Source: Caldisphaera sp. (GTDB lineage: Archaea; Thermoproteota; Thermoprotei_A; Sulfolobales; Acidilobaceae). From it: 64,000 nucleotides of DNA. The notes beneath the pieces were generated by a model. That model ran no database searches and had not been told where the DNA came from. It saw only the letters and a program-made list of their open reading frames with translations. Location: the NCBI GenBank assembly GCA_049971805.1, contig JBMFKU010000002.1, positions 63,578 to 127,577 of the forward strand, in the 5' to 3' direction. The first letter of the stretch is position 1, and every line of letters starts with the position of its first letter. The position numbers and the translations under genes are program-made. Positions 44,825 to 56,452 of the stretch are shown here, one piece after another.

Positions 44825-46189
44825 TTGATAGAAAATAAATCGTATTATGGATATCAAGATATTGTAGCCGACAAATTAAAAAATATTAATGCAGTTCCTG
44901 GAGATAAAATATTAATAAAAAACAAAAATGGAGAATATTCTGGAATGCTTTTGCCGAAAAACGAATTTTCTAATACAGACATAGTTGTTATAAAACTAGA
45001 AAATGGATATAATATAGGTATAAGAATTTTTGATGATAGCATAATAGATCTTATAGAAAAAGGTCGTTTGACTACACACCCAGGTGAGCCTGTTAAGTTA
45101 GTGGAGGAAGAAATTGCTCCACCTCAAGGCAAAAAAGTTTTAATACTTGGTACAGGGGGTACGATAGCAAGCAGGGTTGATTATGAAACTGGGGCAGTTA
45201 AACCATATTTAGATCCTCAAGAACTTGTATCAGCCATACCAGAGGTATTAAATTATGCTAAAATAGATGCTGAAGAGATATTATCCATATTTAGTGAAGA
45301 TATGAAACCCAAATATTGGGAACTGATTTCCAATAATATTCTGAAAAAATTTGATGATTATGATGGTATAATTATAGCTCATGGCACAGATACTATGGCC
45401 TATACAGCATCAGCTATTGCCTTTGCATTTAATAAGGGTCTTAAAGGACCAGTAGTATTTACTGGATCTCAAAGAAGTAGCGATAGACCCAGTAGTGATT
45501 CTGCTTTTAATTTAATTTCATCTGTATTGGTTGCATCTAAAGCACCTTTTGGTGAAGTTGTTTTAGTGATGCATGGAGAATCTGGTGATACATATTCTTT
45601 GGCTCATAGAGCTACTAAAGTTAGAAAAATGCATACTAGCAGAAGAGACGCATTTCAATCAATTAATGATGTTCCTCTGGCCAAGATCTATCCATTTGAT
45701 GGAAAATTGGAGATTTTAAATAGAAATTATAAAGAAAAGGCAAGTAATAATATACCAGAAATAGGCTTTGATGATAAGGTAGCGTTAGTAAAGTATTATC
45801 CTGGAATGAATAATGATATAGTAGATTTCTTGATAGATAAGAACTATCATGGATTAGTAATTGAAGGAACAGGTTTTGGCCATATAGCAAATTCTATGAT
45901 AAGTTCATTAGAAAGAGCTTATGAAAATGGTATACCTGTCGTTGTGGCAAGTCAGACGATTTTTGGAAGAGTAAATCTTAATGTCTATAGTACAGGAAGA
46001 AAGATGTTAAAAGCTGGTGTGATACCTGCTGAAGACATGCTTTCTGAGACTGCCTATGTAAAGCTATCATGGATTCTATCAAAAACAAGAGATTTGAAAG
46101 AAATAAGATCCTTAATGCTTACGAACTTTGTAGGAGAGATAAATTATAGGCATGAAATGTATCTCTATCCAAGGTGGTATCATGGATAA
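44825..46189 (+). CDS. gatD: Glu-tRNA(Gln) amidotransferase subunit D
   Basis: KLENGYNIG, GTGGTIASRVDY, HGTDT, QRSSDRPSSD, KMHTSRRDAF. Confidence 0.97.
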   Translation: MIENKSYYGYQDIVADKLKNINAVPGDKILIKNKNGEYSGMLLPKNEFSNTDIVVIKLENGYNIGIRIFDDSIIDLIEKGRLTTHPGEPVKLVEEEIAPPQGKKVLILGTGGTIASRVDYETGAVKPYLDPQELVSAIPEVLNYAKIDAEEILSIFSEDMKPKYWELISNNILKKFDDYDGIIIAHGTDTMAYTASAIAFAFNKGLKGPVVFTGSQRSSDRPSSDSAFNLISSVLVASKAPFGEVVLVMHGESGDTYSLAHRATKVRKMHTSRRDAFQSINDVPLAKIYPFDGKLEILNRNYKEKASNNIPEIGFDDKVALVKYYPGMNNDIVDFLIDKNYHGLVIEGTGFGHIANSMISSLERAYENGIPVVVASQTIFGRVNLNVYSTGRKMLKAGVIPAEDMLSETAYVKLSWILSKTRDLKEIRSLMLTNFVGEINYRHEMYLYPRWYHG

Positions 46190-48107
46190 AGAGGAATTAG
46201 ATTATCAAAAATTAGGACTGAAAGTTGGATTAGAAATACATCAACAATTAAACACTGAAAATAAGCTTTTTTGTTCGTGCCCAACATATTTGGTCGATGA
46301 AATTGGAGATAGATTTAAAAGAAATTTAAGACCTACCAGAAGCGAGACTGGTGAAGTAGACATAGCTGCTCTGTTTGAATGGAGAAAGGGTAGAACATAT
46401 GAGTATCAAGCACCACATGGTCACTATTGCATGGTAGAGGCTGATGAAGAACCGCCACACATGCTAAATAGAGACGCTGTAATTATTGCTTCTGCTTTAG
46501 CTATGGCCCTAAACTCAAACATGATTGATGAAATTCATACAATGAGAAAGATTGTTATAGATGGTAGTAATACTGCTGGATTTCAAAGAACTGCTATCGT
46601 AGCTTTGAACGGTTTTATAAGTGTTTCTGGAAAAAAATATGGTATTGAAACTATATGTATAGAAGAAGATGCTGCAAGAAAAATATCTGAATCTGGGAAA
46701 GAGATTACTTATAGATTAGATAGGTTAGGCATACCATTGATAGAGATTTCTACTTCACCAGATATGCATTCGCCAAGAGAAGCTAGAGATGTTGCATTGG
46801 CTATTGGAAGACTTTTAAGATTAACTGGTAAAGTAAAAAGAGGTTTGGGTACAATTAGACAAGATCTTAATGTAAGTATAATTGGTGGAGCTAAAACAGA
46901 AATTAAAGGTGTTCAAAAACTGGATCAAATAGAAAAAATAGTTCAGTTTGAAGTAATGAGACAAGTAAATCTATTAAAAATAAAAGATGAATTGGTGAAG
47001 AGGCAAATAGATAAAAATAGTTTAGATAAAGTAAAACCAATAGATTTGACAGATGTATTTACAAATACTAATAGCAAAATAATAAAAAATAAGATACAAC
47101 ATGGAGGAAAGGTATATGGAATTAATTTAAGGAAATTTAAAGGAATCATCGGTATGGAATTAATGCCAAATAAAAGATTTGGAACAGAATTGGCTGATTA
47201 TTCAAGATTTTGGGCTGGAGTAGAAGGCATATTCCATAGTGATGAATTACCTAATTACGGCATAACAGAAGAAGAAGTAGAAAAGGTTTTTGAAAGAATT
47301 GATGGAAATAAAAGCGAAGATGCTTTTATTATAATAGCAGATGATCCTAAAAAATGTTTAAAGGCAATAGAAGTAATATTAAATAGAATAAAAATTGCAT
47401 TTGATGGTGTCCCTGAGGAGACAAGAACAGCCAATGAAGATGGAACAACTAAATATATGAGGCCAAGACCAGGAAAAGAAAGAATGTATCCAGAAACAGA
47501 TATCCCTCCTCTTTATGTTGATTCTGAGATCATACGAGAAGCATCTAAATTAAAGCCAGAGTCTGTTGATGTTAAATTGAAGAAATTGATAGAGCAATAT
47601 AGGTTTAGTCAAGAGCTAGCAGAAAAAGTAATTAATGATGTAAATTTAGGCTTTATTGAAGAAATGTTATATAAATATGGAAACAACGTACAGCCAACAT
47701 TTATAGCTTCATTATTTGTAACATTACTAAAAGGGCTAAAATCTAAAGGAGTAGATGTAGATTTATTGGATGAAAATAAAATAGAATCTTTATTAAAGCT
47801 TATAGCTGAAGGCAAGGTAACAAAGGACGCAGCTGAAGATATTATAACAAAAGCAGCTGAGAGGCCAGAGTCTAGCTTAGAGGAAATAGTTAATTCTATG
47901 GGAATATCAAAAGTAACTAAGGAGGACGCGGAGAAAATAATTTGCGAGATAATTAATCAAAACAAAGATATAGTCTTATCAAAAGGTGAAAAATCGATGA
48001 GTACAATAATGGGAAAGGCTATGGACAAGCTTAGAGGAAAAATAGATGGTAAAACTGTATCCGAAATAGTTAGTAAAGAACTAAAAAATTTTTTAAGAAA
48101 TAAGTAG
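46182..48107 (+). CDS. gatE: Glu-tRNA(Gln) amidotransferase subunit E
   Basis: GLKVGLEIHQQL, DEEPPH, RGLGTIRQDLNVS, HSDELP, RMYPETD. Confidence 0.97.
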   Translation: MDKEELDYQKLGLKVGLEIHQQLNTENKLFCSCPTYLVDEIGDRFKRNLRPTRSETGEVDIAALFEWRKGRTYEYQAPHGHYCMVEADEEPPHMLNRDAVIIASALAMALNSNMIDEIHTMRKIVIDGSNTAGFQRTAIVALNGFISVSGKKYGIETICIEEDAARKISESGKEITYRLDRLGIPLIEISTSPDMHSPREARDVALAIGRLLRLTGKVKRGLGTIRQDLNVSIIGGAKTEIKGVQKLDQIEKIVQFEVMRQVNLLKIKDELVKRQIDKNSLDKVKPIDLTDVFTNTNSKIIKNKIQHGGKVYGINLRKFKGIIGMELMPNKRFGTELADYSRFWAGVEGIFHSDELPNYGITEEEVEKVFERIDGNKSEDAFIIIADDPKKCLKAIEVILNRIKIAFDGVPEETRTANEDGTTKYMRPRPGKERMYPETDIPPLYVDSEIIREASKLKPESVDVKLKKLIEQYRFSQELAEKVINDVNLGFIEEMLYKYGNNVQPTFIASLFVTLLKGLKSKGVDVDLLDENKIESLLKLIAEGKVTKDAAEDIITKAAERPESSLEEIVNSMGISKVTKEDAEKIICEIINQNKDIVLSKGEKSMSTIMGKAMDKLRGKIDGKTVSEIVSKELKNFLRNK

Positions 48108-48167
48108 AAAATGTTAATAAAAATAGTAAGCTATTTTAAACTCAATTTTCAAAATACATAAACAGAA

Positions 48168-48270
48168 GGGCCCGTAGCTCAGCTAGGATAGAGCGGCGGT
48201 CTCGGAAAAAAATCCGAGGTCGAGGCTCCAGACCCGTAGGTCGGGGGTTCGAGTCCCCTCGGGCCCACCA
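48168..48270 (+). tRNA. tRNA-Trp(CCA) with 25-nt intron at 30/31 (48200-48224); CCA encoded
   Basis: Removing TCTCGGAAAAAAATCCGAGGTCGAG restores GCGGG-CTCCAGA-CCCGT; BHB CGGC/GTCG with 3-nt bulges. Confidence 0.93.
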
Positions 48271-48393
48271 CACTTAAAGAAAGAAAATTATAACAAGCTT
48301 TTTATTGCTTCTAAGCTAAATATTTTAATACTTTCATAGTAAAGACTTAATATTTTTAGATCTCGAAAATCTTATACTTAGTGGGAGATCAAA

Positions 48394-48870
48394 ATGACAA
48401 TTAGTAAGTTTCCTAAAAATCCAGTAGTCGGAATTGGAACTCTTTTGATGAGAGATTCTGATGTTCTATTAATTAAGCGTGCTAATGAACCAGAAAAAGG
48501 AATGTGGGCAATTCCAGGAGGCCATCTAGAACTTGGTGAAAGAATTTTAGATGCAGCCAAAAGAGAATTTTATGAAGAAACTGGTATTGATACTTCTCCA
48601 CTAGGCGTAATAAATGTTGACGAAATAATAACAAAGAAAACCGGGAACTCTATATTGTTTCATTATGTATTAATAACAGTCTTGATGAAAGATAACGGAA
48701 ATGAACCAAAGGCTGGCAGCGATGCTTTAGAAGCAAAGTTTTTTAATATAAATGATATAATTCAGAGAGATAATATATCTGTGTCTACAAAAGGCTTAAT
48801 ATATAAAATAATTAATAACAAGGTTAACCTATCGAATCCAATTCCAGTTAATACGACATCGCCAATCTAG
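48394..48870 (+). CDS. NUDIX hydrolase
   Basis: GGHLELGERILDAAKREFYEETG Nudix box. Confidence 0.93.
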   Translation: MTISKFPKNPVVGIGTLLMRDSDVLLIKRANEPEKGMWAIPGGHLELGERILDAAKREFYEETGIDTSPLGVINVDEIITKKTGNSILFHYVLITVLMKDNGNEPKAGSDALEAKFFNINDIIQRDNISVSTKGLIYKIINNKVNLSNPIPVNTTSPI

Positions 48871-48890
48871 TAAAGATAAATATTTTTAAT

Positions 48891-49442
48891 TTAGCAGGAT
48901 GTATATAATTTAAGAGCGTATTTATATGTAACAGCTATGTTGCTTTTATCAACTACATGTAACATATAGTTATTTCCTTTTAATGATATTACAGGATAGA
49001 ATGACTTATCATTATTGATAGTTACTAATGGAATTCTATTAGTTTCATTGATTATCGATAAATTGGCCTTTAACCCATTCATTAATAAAGAAATAGGGTC
49101 TTTGTTATCTAGGCCTATAATTTTACCTGAAAAAATAAATGATGATCCTTTAGCTATTAGGAAATATGGTTCTTTGTTTCCAACATTACATCCATCAACC
49201 CAATCGCTATTAGCAACCTTTAAGCCTTCAAAGGGAAACTGAACTTCAGATACAAGCGATCCTATTCCTAGAGCATATCTAACTTTTTTTGTTTTAATGC
49301 CTATTATTATGATAGATGGATTGGTTATAAATATGGGTTTTTCTGTTATACTCCATTCTATTAACTTATCAACTTTGCTCTCATCCATATTATATATCGA
49401 TGATATATCTAAGGCATAGTATTTGCTATCAACGCGTGGCAT
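48891..49442 (-). CDS. Hypothetical protein
   Basis: 183-aa ORF with GAGGT RBS. Confidence 0.65.
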   Translation of the reverse strand: MPRVDSKYYALDISSIYNMDESKVDKLIEWSITEKPIFITNPSIIIIGIKTKKVRYALGIGSLVSEVQFPFEGLKVANSDWVDGCNVGNKEPYFLIAKGSSFIFSGKIIGLDNKDPISLLMNGLKANLSIINETNRIPLVTINNDKSFYPVISLKGNNYMLHVVDKSNIAVTYKYALKLYTSC

Positions 49443-49629
49443 TCATTGTTACCTCATACACTGTTTGTATCCAGATTATCTTATAAATTGTTTTATAATA
49501 ATGATTTTAATTATTTAATTTCATATATTAAATAATTAAAATATTAATTTTATAAAAAAGCTTAATACGAATATTTAATTCTGGTAAATATTTTTAACTT
49601 GTAAAATTCAATGAAAATCAGGAGAGAGG

Positions 49630-50460
49630 CTGAGGCTTACGGGTTTACTGCTTAGCTACAAAGGGTTTAAAATAATTTTATCATCAATATTAGGTTTGAT
49701 TACATTTGCAGTTGGAATAAGCTTAGCTATAGCTTTGAAAGGGCCATTATATATATCTGTTATTGTGGCATTAATTGTATTTGCGTTAACTTATATTTCT
49801 TCCGATGCAGCTTCTAAAGAAATGATGAATTATGTACAAGAAATGATCGAAAGAGTTTCAGGAAATGATGTTGAAAATAAAATTGATATCGACATGAATG
49901 ATATAAAAGCAATTCAATCAGAAGGTGAAGAAGACCTATTCTTAGTTTATAACTTATTATCTAGTATTGCAAAAAATATAAATAAAGATGCAAAAAATAT
50001 AATAATGGAGATATATAATGGAGATTTTGCAGCGATATATCCAGAGAATAGTTTTATAGATGATGACGATGATATATCCGATGAACTTTCATATAATTAT
50101 CCAGATGATGGTCCAAAGGCTGAAGTATTAAATAATAATCTTATTATAAAAATACCAGGAAATGATTTTATCAACTTAGTTTCGGCATTAAAGAGAGGAG
50201 AGGGTGAAACAGGTGTATTTTCTAGTATAAGTGAAGTAAGGTCATTGTATTTTGCCACAAAGGCTATAGCAGAAGCATTACTAGGAGATGATTATGAAGA
50301 ATTAATTTCTTATAGTTCCTATAAGGCAATAATATTATTAAAGAAAAAAGGATTCGTTAGCATATCGGAAAACTTGATGGAAGAATTACCTTTTGAGAGC
50401 AGAGAGTTGAAAAGAAAAATTAAGGAGCAAATAAAGGAAGAAAATGGTCAAATTCCATAA
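49630..50460 (+). CDS. Hypothetical protein with two N-terminal TM helices; possible CTG start at 49630
   Basis: Frame open 22 codons upstream of the track start, to a CTG following GGAGAGAGG. Confidence 0.65.
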   Translation: MRLTGLLLSYKGFKIILSSILGLITFAVGISLAIALKGPLYISVIVALIVFALTYISSDAASKEMMNYVQEMIERVSGNDVENKIDIDMNDIKAIQSEGEEDLFLVYNLLSSIAKNINKDAKNIIMEIYNGDFAAIYPENSFIDDDDDISDELSYNYPDDGPKAEVLNNNLIIKIPGNDFINLVSALKRGEGETGVFSSISEVRSLYFATKAIAEALLGDDYEELISYSSYKAIILLKKKGFVSISENLMEELPFESRELKRKIKEQIKEENGQIP

Positions 50461-50473
50461 TAGGTAGATTATT

Positions 50474-51304
50474 TTGATATATTGTGCCAGTGTGCCATAT
50501 CATATAACAGCTTTGTTTTCGCCAAAAATTAAGAAAGATCCGTTGGATTCGGGTTCGATAGGTGTAGGAATAGCTGTTGAGCCAAGGCTAAAGTTATGTG
50601 TTGGAAATTCAGGAAATAATTTGCAATTACCTTATACTGCAGAAGAAGTATTGAAAAAATACAATATAAATGAAACCTATAGTCTTAGCATGCCGTTGCC
50701 GATCAAGATTGGATATGGAAGTAGTGCAGCATCTACTATAGCAACAGAAATGATAGCATTTTTAAAAGGCAAAATAAGCTATTTTGATGCTATGAAAGAT
50801 GCGCATTTAGTTGAAATAGAGAACTTTACAGGTTTAGGGGATGTTCTGGCATTATCTTGTGGAATAGGGATAATTTTAAGATTAAAGGAAGGAGCTCCAG
50901 GTATTGGAAAAGTAGATTGCATTAATTTTCCTAAGAAAGTAAATATAATATCGATAGAATTTGGTCAAATGTTAACAAAGGATCTTTTAAATATAGATAA
51001 AGATTATTACACTAAATCGGAAGAAAGACTTAATTATATCTTCGAAAATTTCAATTTTGATTCATTTATAAATAATGTTAAAGAATTTACTGATGAGATG
51101 AAGTTATTAGATACTATAACTGATAAAAAGGATGTTATTATAAAAACACCTGGACTTATAGGGTATTATGTAAAAAAGAAGATGTCTGTTTTGTTTATTG
51201 ATGAAGATTATTATTATGATGCGTTGTCATATCTTAAAAATAATAATTTAAACTTTAAAATTTTAAGACCATCCACTCACGGTGTGGAGGCATGGTATGA
51301 TTGA
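50474..51304 (+). CDS. Pantoate kinase (GHMP family)
   Basis: PYHITALF, GSIGVG, GYGSSAA, AHLVEI..TGLGDV, GAPG; adjacent to PPS. Confidence 0.88.
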   Translation: MIYCASVPYHITALFSPKIKKDPLDSGSIGVGIAVEPRLKLCVGNSGNNLQLPYTAEEVLKKYNINETYSLSMPLPIKIGYGSSAASTIATEMIAFLKGKISYFDAMKDAHLVEIENFTGLGDVLALSCGIGIILRLKEGAPGIGKVDCINFPKKVNIISIEFGQMLTKDLLNIDKDYYTKSEERLNYIFENFNFDSFINNVKEFTDEMKLLDTITDKKDVIIKTPGLIGYYVKKKMSVLFIDEDYYYDALSYLKNNNLNFKILRPSTHGVEAWYD

Positions 51305-52080
51305 GCGAAGATGAGATTCCCAAAACACATCCAAGATATCAATCATTAATAACTAGAGAAAAATTAGTAAAATTCTTTAATTTAGGTATAGTAGTTGCAC
51401 AGGGCTTAGTTGCACAGGGTAGAGGAGAGGCATTTGATTATATACTAGGAGAAAAAACTCATAATTTTGCATTGGAAGCAGAAAAAATTACCGTAGCTAG
51501 TATTTTGACATCAAAAAATCCAGTTATATCTGTTAATGGCAACTATGCAGCATTAGCAGGAGAAGAAATTGTTAGATTATCTGATATTTTAGGAGTTCCA
51601 ATAGAAGTAAATTTGTTTCACAGAACGGAAGAAAGAATTAAAAAAATAGAGAATTATCTGAAAGATTTAGGAGGAAGAAAAATTCTTGGTAGTGAATGTA
51701 AAAAAGCTAAGTTACCGAATTTAGATAGCCCAAGGGGTATAGTATGTGAAGAAGGTATTTTTAATGCTGATTTTGTATTATTGGCTATAGAAGATGGGGA
51801 TAGAACATTGGCATTAAAGAATCTAGGGAAAAAAGTTGCGGCTATTGATTTGAATCCGTTTAGTAGAACAGCTCAAACAGCTAATATAACAATTGTTGAT
51901 GATGCAATCCGAGCAACAAAAAACATGATACAAATAGCTTCTGATTTTAGCCAATTAAGGTATCGCGATTTATTAAAAATGCTTGAAAGCTATGATAATA
52001 AAAAGAATTTATCTTTGGCATTTGAAAAGATGTTTGATAACTTAAAGATAGCTTATAGTAAAGGTATTTTACAGTTTTAA
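51301..52080 (+). CDS. Phosphopantothenate synthetase (archaeal)
   Basis: HPRYQSL, GRGEAFDYILGE, ISVNGN, EDGDR, IDLNPFSRT. Confidence 0.93.
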   Translation: MSEDEIPKTHPRYQSLITREKLVKFFNLGIVVAQGLVAQGRGEAFDYILGEKTHNFALEAEKITVASILTSKNPVISVNGNYAALAGEEIVRLSDILGVPIEVNLFHRTEERIKKIENYLKDLGGRKILGSECKKAKLPNLDSPRGIVCEEGIFNADFVLLAIEDGDRTLALKNLGKKVAAIDLNPFSRTAQTANITIVDDAIRATKNMIQIASDFSQLRYRDLLKMLESYDNKKNLSLAFEKMFDNLKIAYSKGILQF

Positions 52081-52364
52081 TGTTTTAAAACTCAATGTTG
52101 AAGTTTAAGTTAAACGAATTATTTTCATGAAGATACAAAAATATTTTTCTATTTCAATAAAAAATTAAAAATTTAAGAATTATATATCTTAGCATTATTA
52201 AATAAATTACAAATCTGTCTACTATAAAACTTATATATCGATTTTGATATTATGTAAATAATTATCTTGATTTAAATATTAAATTAGTAATTAATAAAAT
52301 TAAAATTTAATAAGTTTTTATATTTCCCACAATATAGGGAGTAACAGTTAGTGGTGGTGATTTA

Positions 52365-54201
52365 ATGGGAAACAAATCTTTGGCTGTTGAATCAGATAAA
52401 AAATTAAGAAAAGCATTAACTTTACAGGATTTATTTTTTATGTCAATGGGTGGAATAATAGGTTCAGGTTGGTTATATGCTGTTGCAGCTGGAGCTTCAG
52501 TTGCCGGTCCGGCTGCAATAATATCATGGATTGTTGGTGGAATATTAGTTTTGTTTATAGCTCTAAACTATGCAGAAATTTCTGGAGCCATTCCAAGGTC
52601 AGGCGCAATTGTTAGATATCCTCATTTAACTCATGGACCTATCACAGGTTATATAATGGCTTGGGCTTACTTAATAAGTGCAGTTACTGTACCAACTATA
52701 GAAGCTGAAGCAGTAATAGGTTATGCTTCAACGTATATTCCAAGTTTGGTAACACAATCAGGTGTATTAAGTGCTTTAGGAATCCTTTTAGGGATTGTTT
52801 TATTAGTTTTCTTCTTTTTCTTAAACTATTAAGGTATAAGATTCTTAGGTAGGTTTAATTCAATAGTAACTTGGTGGAAATTTATTTTACCAACCATAAC
52901 ATTCTTATTCTTACTCATAATTTTTAATAAAACTAATTTAACTGGCTATGGTGGATTTACTCCAATGGGAGTCTCTCCACTTTTCTTAGCTATTCCAACT
53001 GCTGGTATCGTATTTTCATATTTAGGATTTAGGCAAGCTTTAGAGTTCGGAGGAGAAGCTAAGAACCCACAAAGAGATGTACCAAGGGCAACTATATTGT
53101 CAGTTGTAGCTGCTCTAGTTATTTACACCCTATTACAACTGGCCTTTATAGGAGGATTAAAATGGACTGTGTTTGGCTTAACTCCGGGTAACTGGACTGC
53201 TTTAGGTCAATATGGTTCTGGCCCAATTAGTCATGCACCATTTTACATAGAGCTTAAATATTCTGGAGTAGCTTTATTAGCAGCCTTCAGCGTATTGCTG
53301 CTAATAGATGCATGGATTTCGCCTAGTGGAACGGCATGGATTTATTTAGGAAATTCTGCCAGAGTATTTTATGGCATTAGTGCTGATGGATATTTTCCAA
53401 GTGTGTTCCTGAAAATATATGAAAAAAACTAGAATTCCACTAATTGCCTTAATTGCTGCACTGATAGTAGGTTCGATATTTCTATTCCCATTCCCATCAT
53501 GGTATAAGCTAGTAGGATTCATATCATCCTCAACAGTTTTAACTTATTTAATGGGGGGCGTTAATTTATATGTCTTAAGAAATGTTGCTAAAGACCTAAA
53601 AAGACCCTATAAGATGCCTGCTGTAAGTATTTTAGCACCATTGGGTTATTTGGCTGCAGTAATGATAGTATATTGGTCAGGTTATTTGACACTATATTAT
53701 ATATTTACGGCTATATTCTTAGGCATTCCAATATTGCTATTCTTGTACGCTCCTTATAAGCTAGGTGTTCATAAGAACTTTGCTTATGCTTTAGGTATAA
53801 TAGAATGGATAATTATAGGGATTCTTTCATGGTTCGCTCATGCCTATGTAATTAGTCCTCCAAGCTCATTAAGCGTAGAAGCTATAACAATTTACTTTTT
53901 AATTTATTGGATTCTTATGCTTGCTACGGTTTTCGGTACTTTTTATGTCTTATCCATAAAAATAGGCAAAGAACATAAACAAGTAATAAACGCATCATAT
54001 TGGTTGATAGCATTAATATTCTTTACATACCTTGTATCATTCTTTGGGCCATTTGGAATATATGCATCAGTGGGCCTACAAGCCCCATTACCATTCCCTA
54101 TTGATAACATTGTTGAGATGGTAGGAGCATTAGCTATGTTTTACTGGTCTGTCAGGGTAGGTTACAGAACAAAAGAGCTAGATGAAATAATAAAGGGTTA
54201 A
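52365..54201 (+). pseudogene. APC-family amino acid permease with in-frame TAA (52830-52832) and +1 frameshift (A7 at 53422-53428)
   Basis: GGIIGSGW, FSYLGF, KNPQRDVP, LKRPYK motifs spread over three ORFs. Confidence 0.85.
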
Positions 54202-54567
54202 ATATATTTTTAAATTTATTTTACCTAATATCCTTTTTTATAGTTAAAAGATTTTTGTTAAAACAAAAACATTTTTCTTTTTCAATTTGATTCTTAATAA
54301 TGCTTGAGTTTTTAAAGGCATGAAATAATCTTAAACTTTGCTATATTAAAACCTTTTTCTATTATTAGACCGATGGGATAATCTAATTACTATGCTTTTT
54401 CATTAGATTTTAAATTTTAGATTAAGCCTAACTTTACCTTAGCATTAACCTCAGAACCTGTTTCATATATTTTGAGAGCTTAAAGATTTATTTTATAGAT
54501 ATTTTAGACTAATTTAATACGAATAAAATATATCCTTTTTTATTTAATTAGAGAAATGTGGATATAA

Positions 54568-55431
54568 ATGGATGTAGCAATAATAATATTAGCAGGGGGA
54601 AAGTCAGAGAGATTTAGAGAGGATAAGCTAACTTATAAATTAAACGGAATACCATTAATACTTTATCCTATTAATACTTGCAAAAAATTAAGTAATAATA
54701 TTTTTATTTCAACAAATGATCCTGAATATAGCAAGATAAAGAAGTTAGGAATTAATGAAATTGATTATATTTTTGATGATAGAAATTTTAGATGCAAGGG
54801 TTCAGCCAATGGTATAGCATCTTCACTTAAAAAGATTGACTATGACTACTATATTATTGTTCCTGGAGATGCTCCTTGGATTGACAAGTTAGCACTAAAT
54901 AATTTATTAAATTTTAGTATTAGGAATAATAAAATAGTATCGCCATTAATTTCTCCAGGGATTGCATCACCACATTTCTTGGCAATTCCCAAATCATATA
55001 AAAGCAGCATAATGGATATATGCAATAGTTATTCAAGTTTAATTTCGAGACCAAGCAATTTTTTGCGAGGTAATAATACGCTTTTAGTTGGAAGCTACTA
55101 TTTAACTGATAACAAGAAAGCATTTCATGATATTGACACTAAATTAGATATATTGAATTACAATTTAAAAGGGTTTATGAGAAGGATTATAGAAATAAAT
55201 ACATATATTAACTTTAGAGAAGGAGTAAAATCATTTGAAGAAAAAAATATTAGTAAATCCTATAATAATTTTTTTATTGAAGCAAATTTTTATAAAAAAC
55301 ATAAAATTTATAACTTAGAGTTAGCTGCTTTATTGGATTCGATTGTTGTCTATAATAAAGAAAAATTAAGTATTAAAAAAAGAATTGAATGGTTAAGGAA
55401 TAAGATAGGTAGAGAGCCAAAAGAATCATAA
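54568..55431 (+). CDS. MobA-like NTP transferase
   Basis: ILAGGKSERF.EDK, PGDAP, DIDT. Confidence 0.8.
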   Translation: MDVAIIILAGGKSERFREDKLTYKLNGIPLILYPINTCKKLSNNIFISTNDPEYSKIKKLGINEIDYIFDDRNFRCKGSANGIASSLKKIDYDYYIIVPGDAPWIDKLALNNLLNFSIRNNKIVSPLISPGIASPHFLAIPKSYKSSIMDICNSYSSLISRPSNFLRGNNTLLVGSYYLTDNKKAFHDIDTKLDILNYNLKGFMRRIIEINTYINFREGVKSFEEKNISKSYNNFFIEANFYKKHKIYNLELAALLDSIVVYNKEKLSIKKRIEWLRNKIGREPKES

Positions 55432-55559
55432 CATAATTAATATCTATTGTGAAATTGGCTTTAATATAATTATTTAAAATATAAGATTAAAAATATCTCA
55501 AAAATATTAAAATGCGGTGCATAGAGTAGATATATACTATTTCAAAATATTAGCAATAA

Positions 55560-56180
55560 AAATAAGCATTTCTGGGCCCTTTACGCTAAACCATTAAGTT
55601 TTTCTGCTATAGTTCAAGGTTCTCGGGAATCATAGTATAGTGGGTTTAATGAGGCAATAGGTCATTTACTTTTTGAAATGCCTTTTGTGTTTTCTTTAGT
55701 ATTTCTAATAGAACAAATAAAAGTTTTCTTTAGTAATTTTATAATTAAGTATATCCTTGTTTTTATTCTTTTAGTATTTTTAATTTACTTTTCTTTTATT
55801 GTAATGAAGAATGGATACTATAAAATAAGAAACTCAGATATTAGACATAATAATTTTTATAACATAATTCAAAAATTTTTACTAATTCAATAATGACAGG
55901 ATTCATTTTAACTGCCTCAAATCCCTTATTTTTATCATGGTGGGCTACTATTGGATTAATTTTAATAATATCCACAAGAAATTTTGGATTCATAATAGGT
56001 ATGTCAATAATGCATATTAGTCATGTACGGATTTTACATGGTTAGGTTTTATGGGAATAATAGGAAAAAGTGGACAAAAGTTCTTGGATAATAAAAAATT
56101 TGGAATATTTTTGATATTAATGGTTGTTTTAATGTTAATTTTTGGATTAAGAGTTTGTATTCAAGTTAAACATATAACAT
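55560..56180 (+). pseudogene. Degraded LysE-family exporter
   Basis: Fragments SGPFT.., GHLLFEMP, GF..TASNPYF..WWATIG in broken frames. Confidence 0.65.
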
Positions 56181-56452
56181 AAAATCTCATTATACCTTCT
56201 TATGTAAATATTATTTGTTTTTGATGTTTAATAGGCTATTGAATTTAAATTTATATTATTTATTTATATGAAATTTCATAATATAATAAAAGATTAGCTT
56301 TTTTCATGCTTTTCTTTGAGCGATAAGCTGTTTTGATTTTAATATGGTATATTTTTGCGCTAAACTAAAAAATTAATTTTAGCATTATTATAAAAGTATA
56401 TTTTTGGTAAAACTAAATTTATAAATATCTGATCTTTAATAATATAATATGA

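Noticed and set aside
52830-52832. Stop-codon readthrough (Sec/Pyl) in the APC permease
   Set aside because: The codon is TAA, and a second lesion exists downstream
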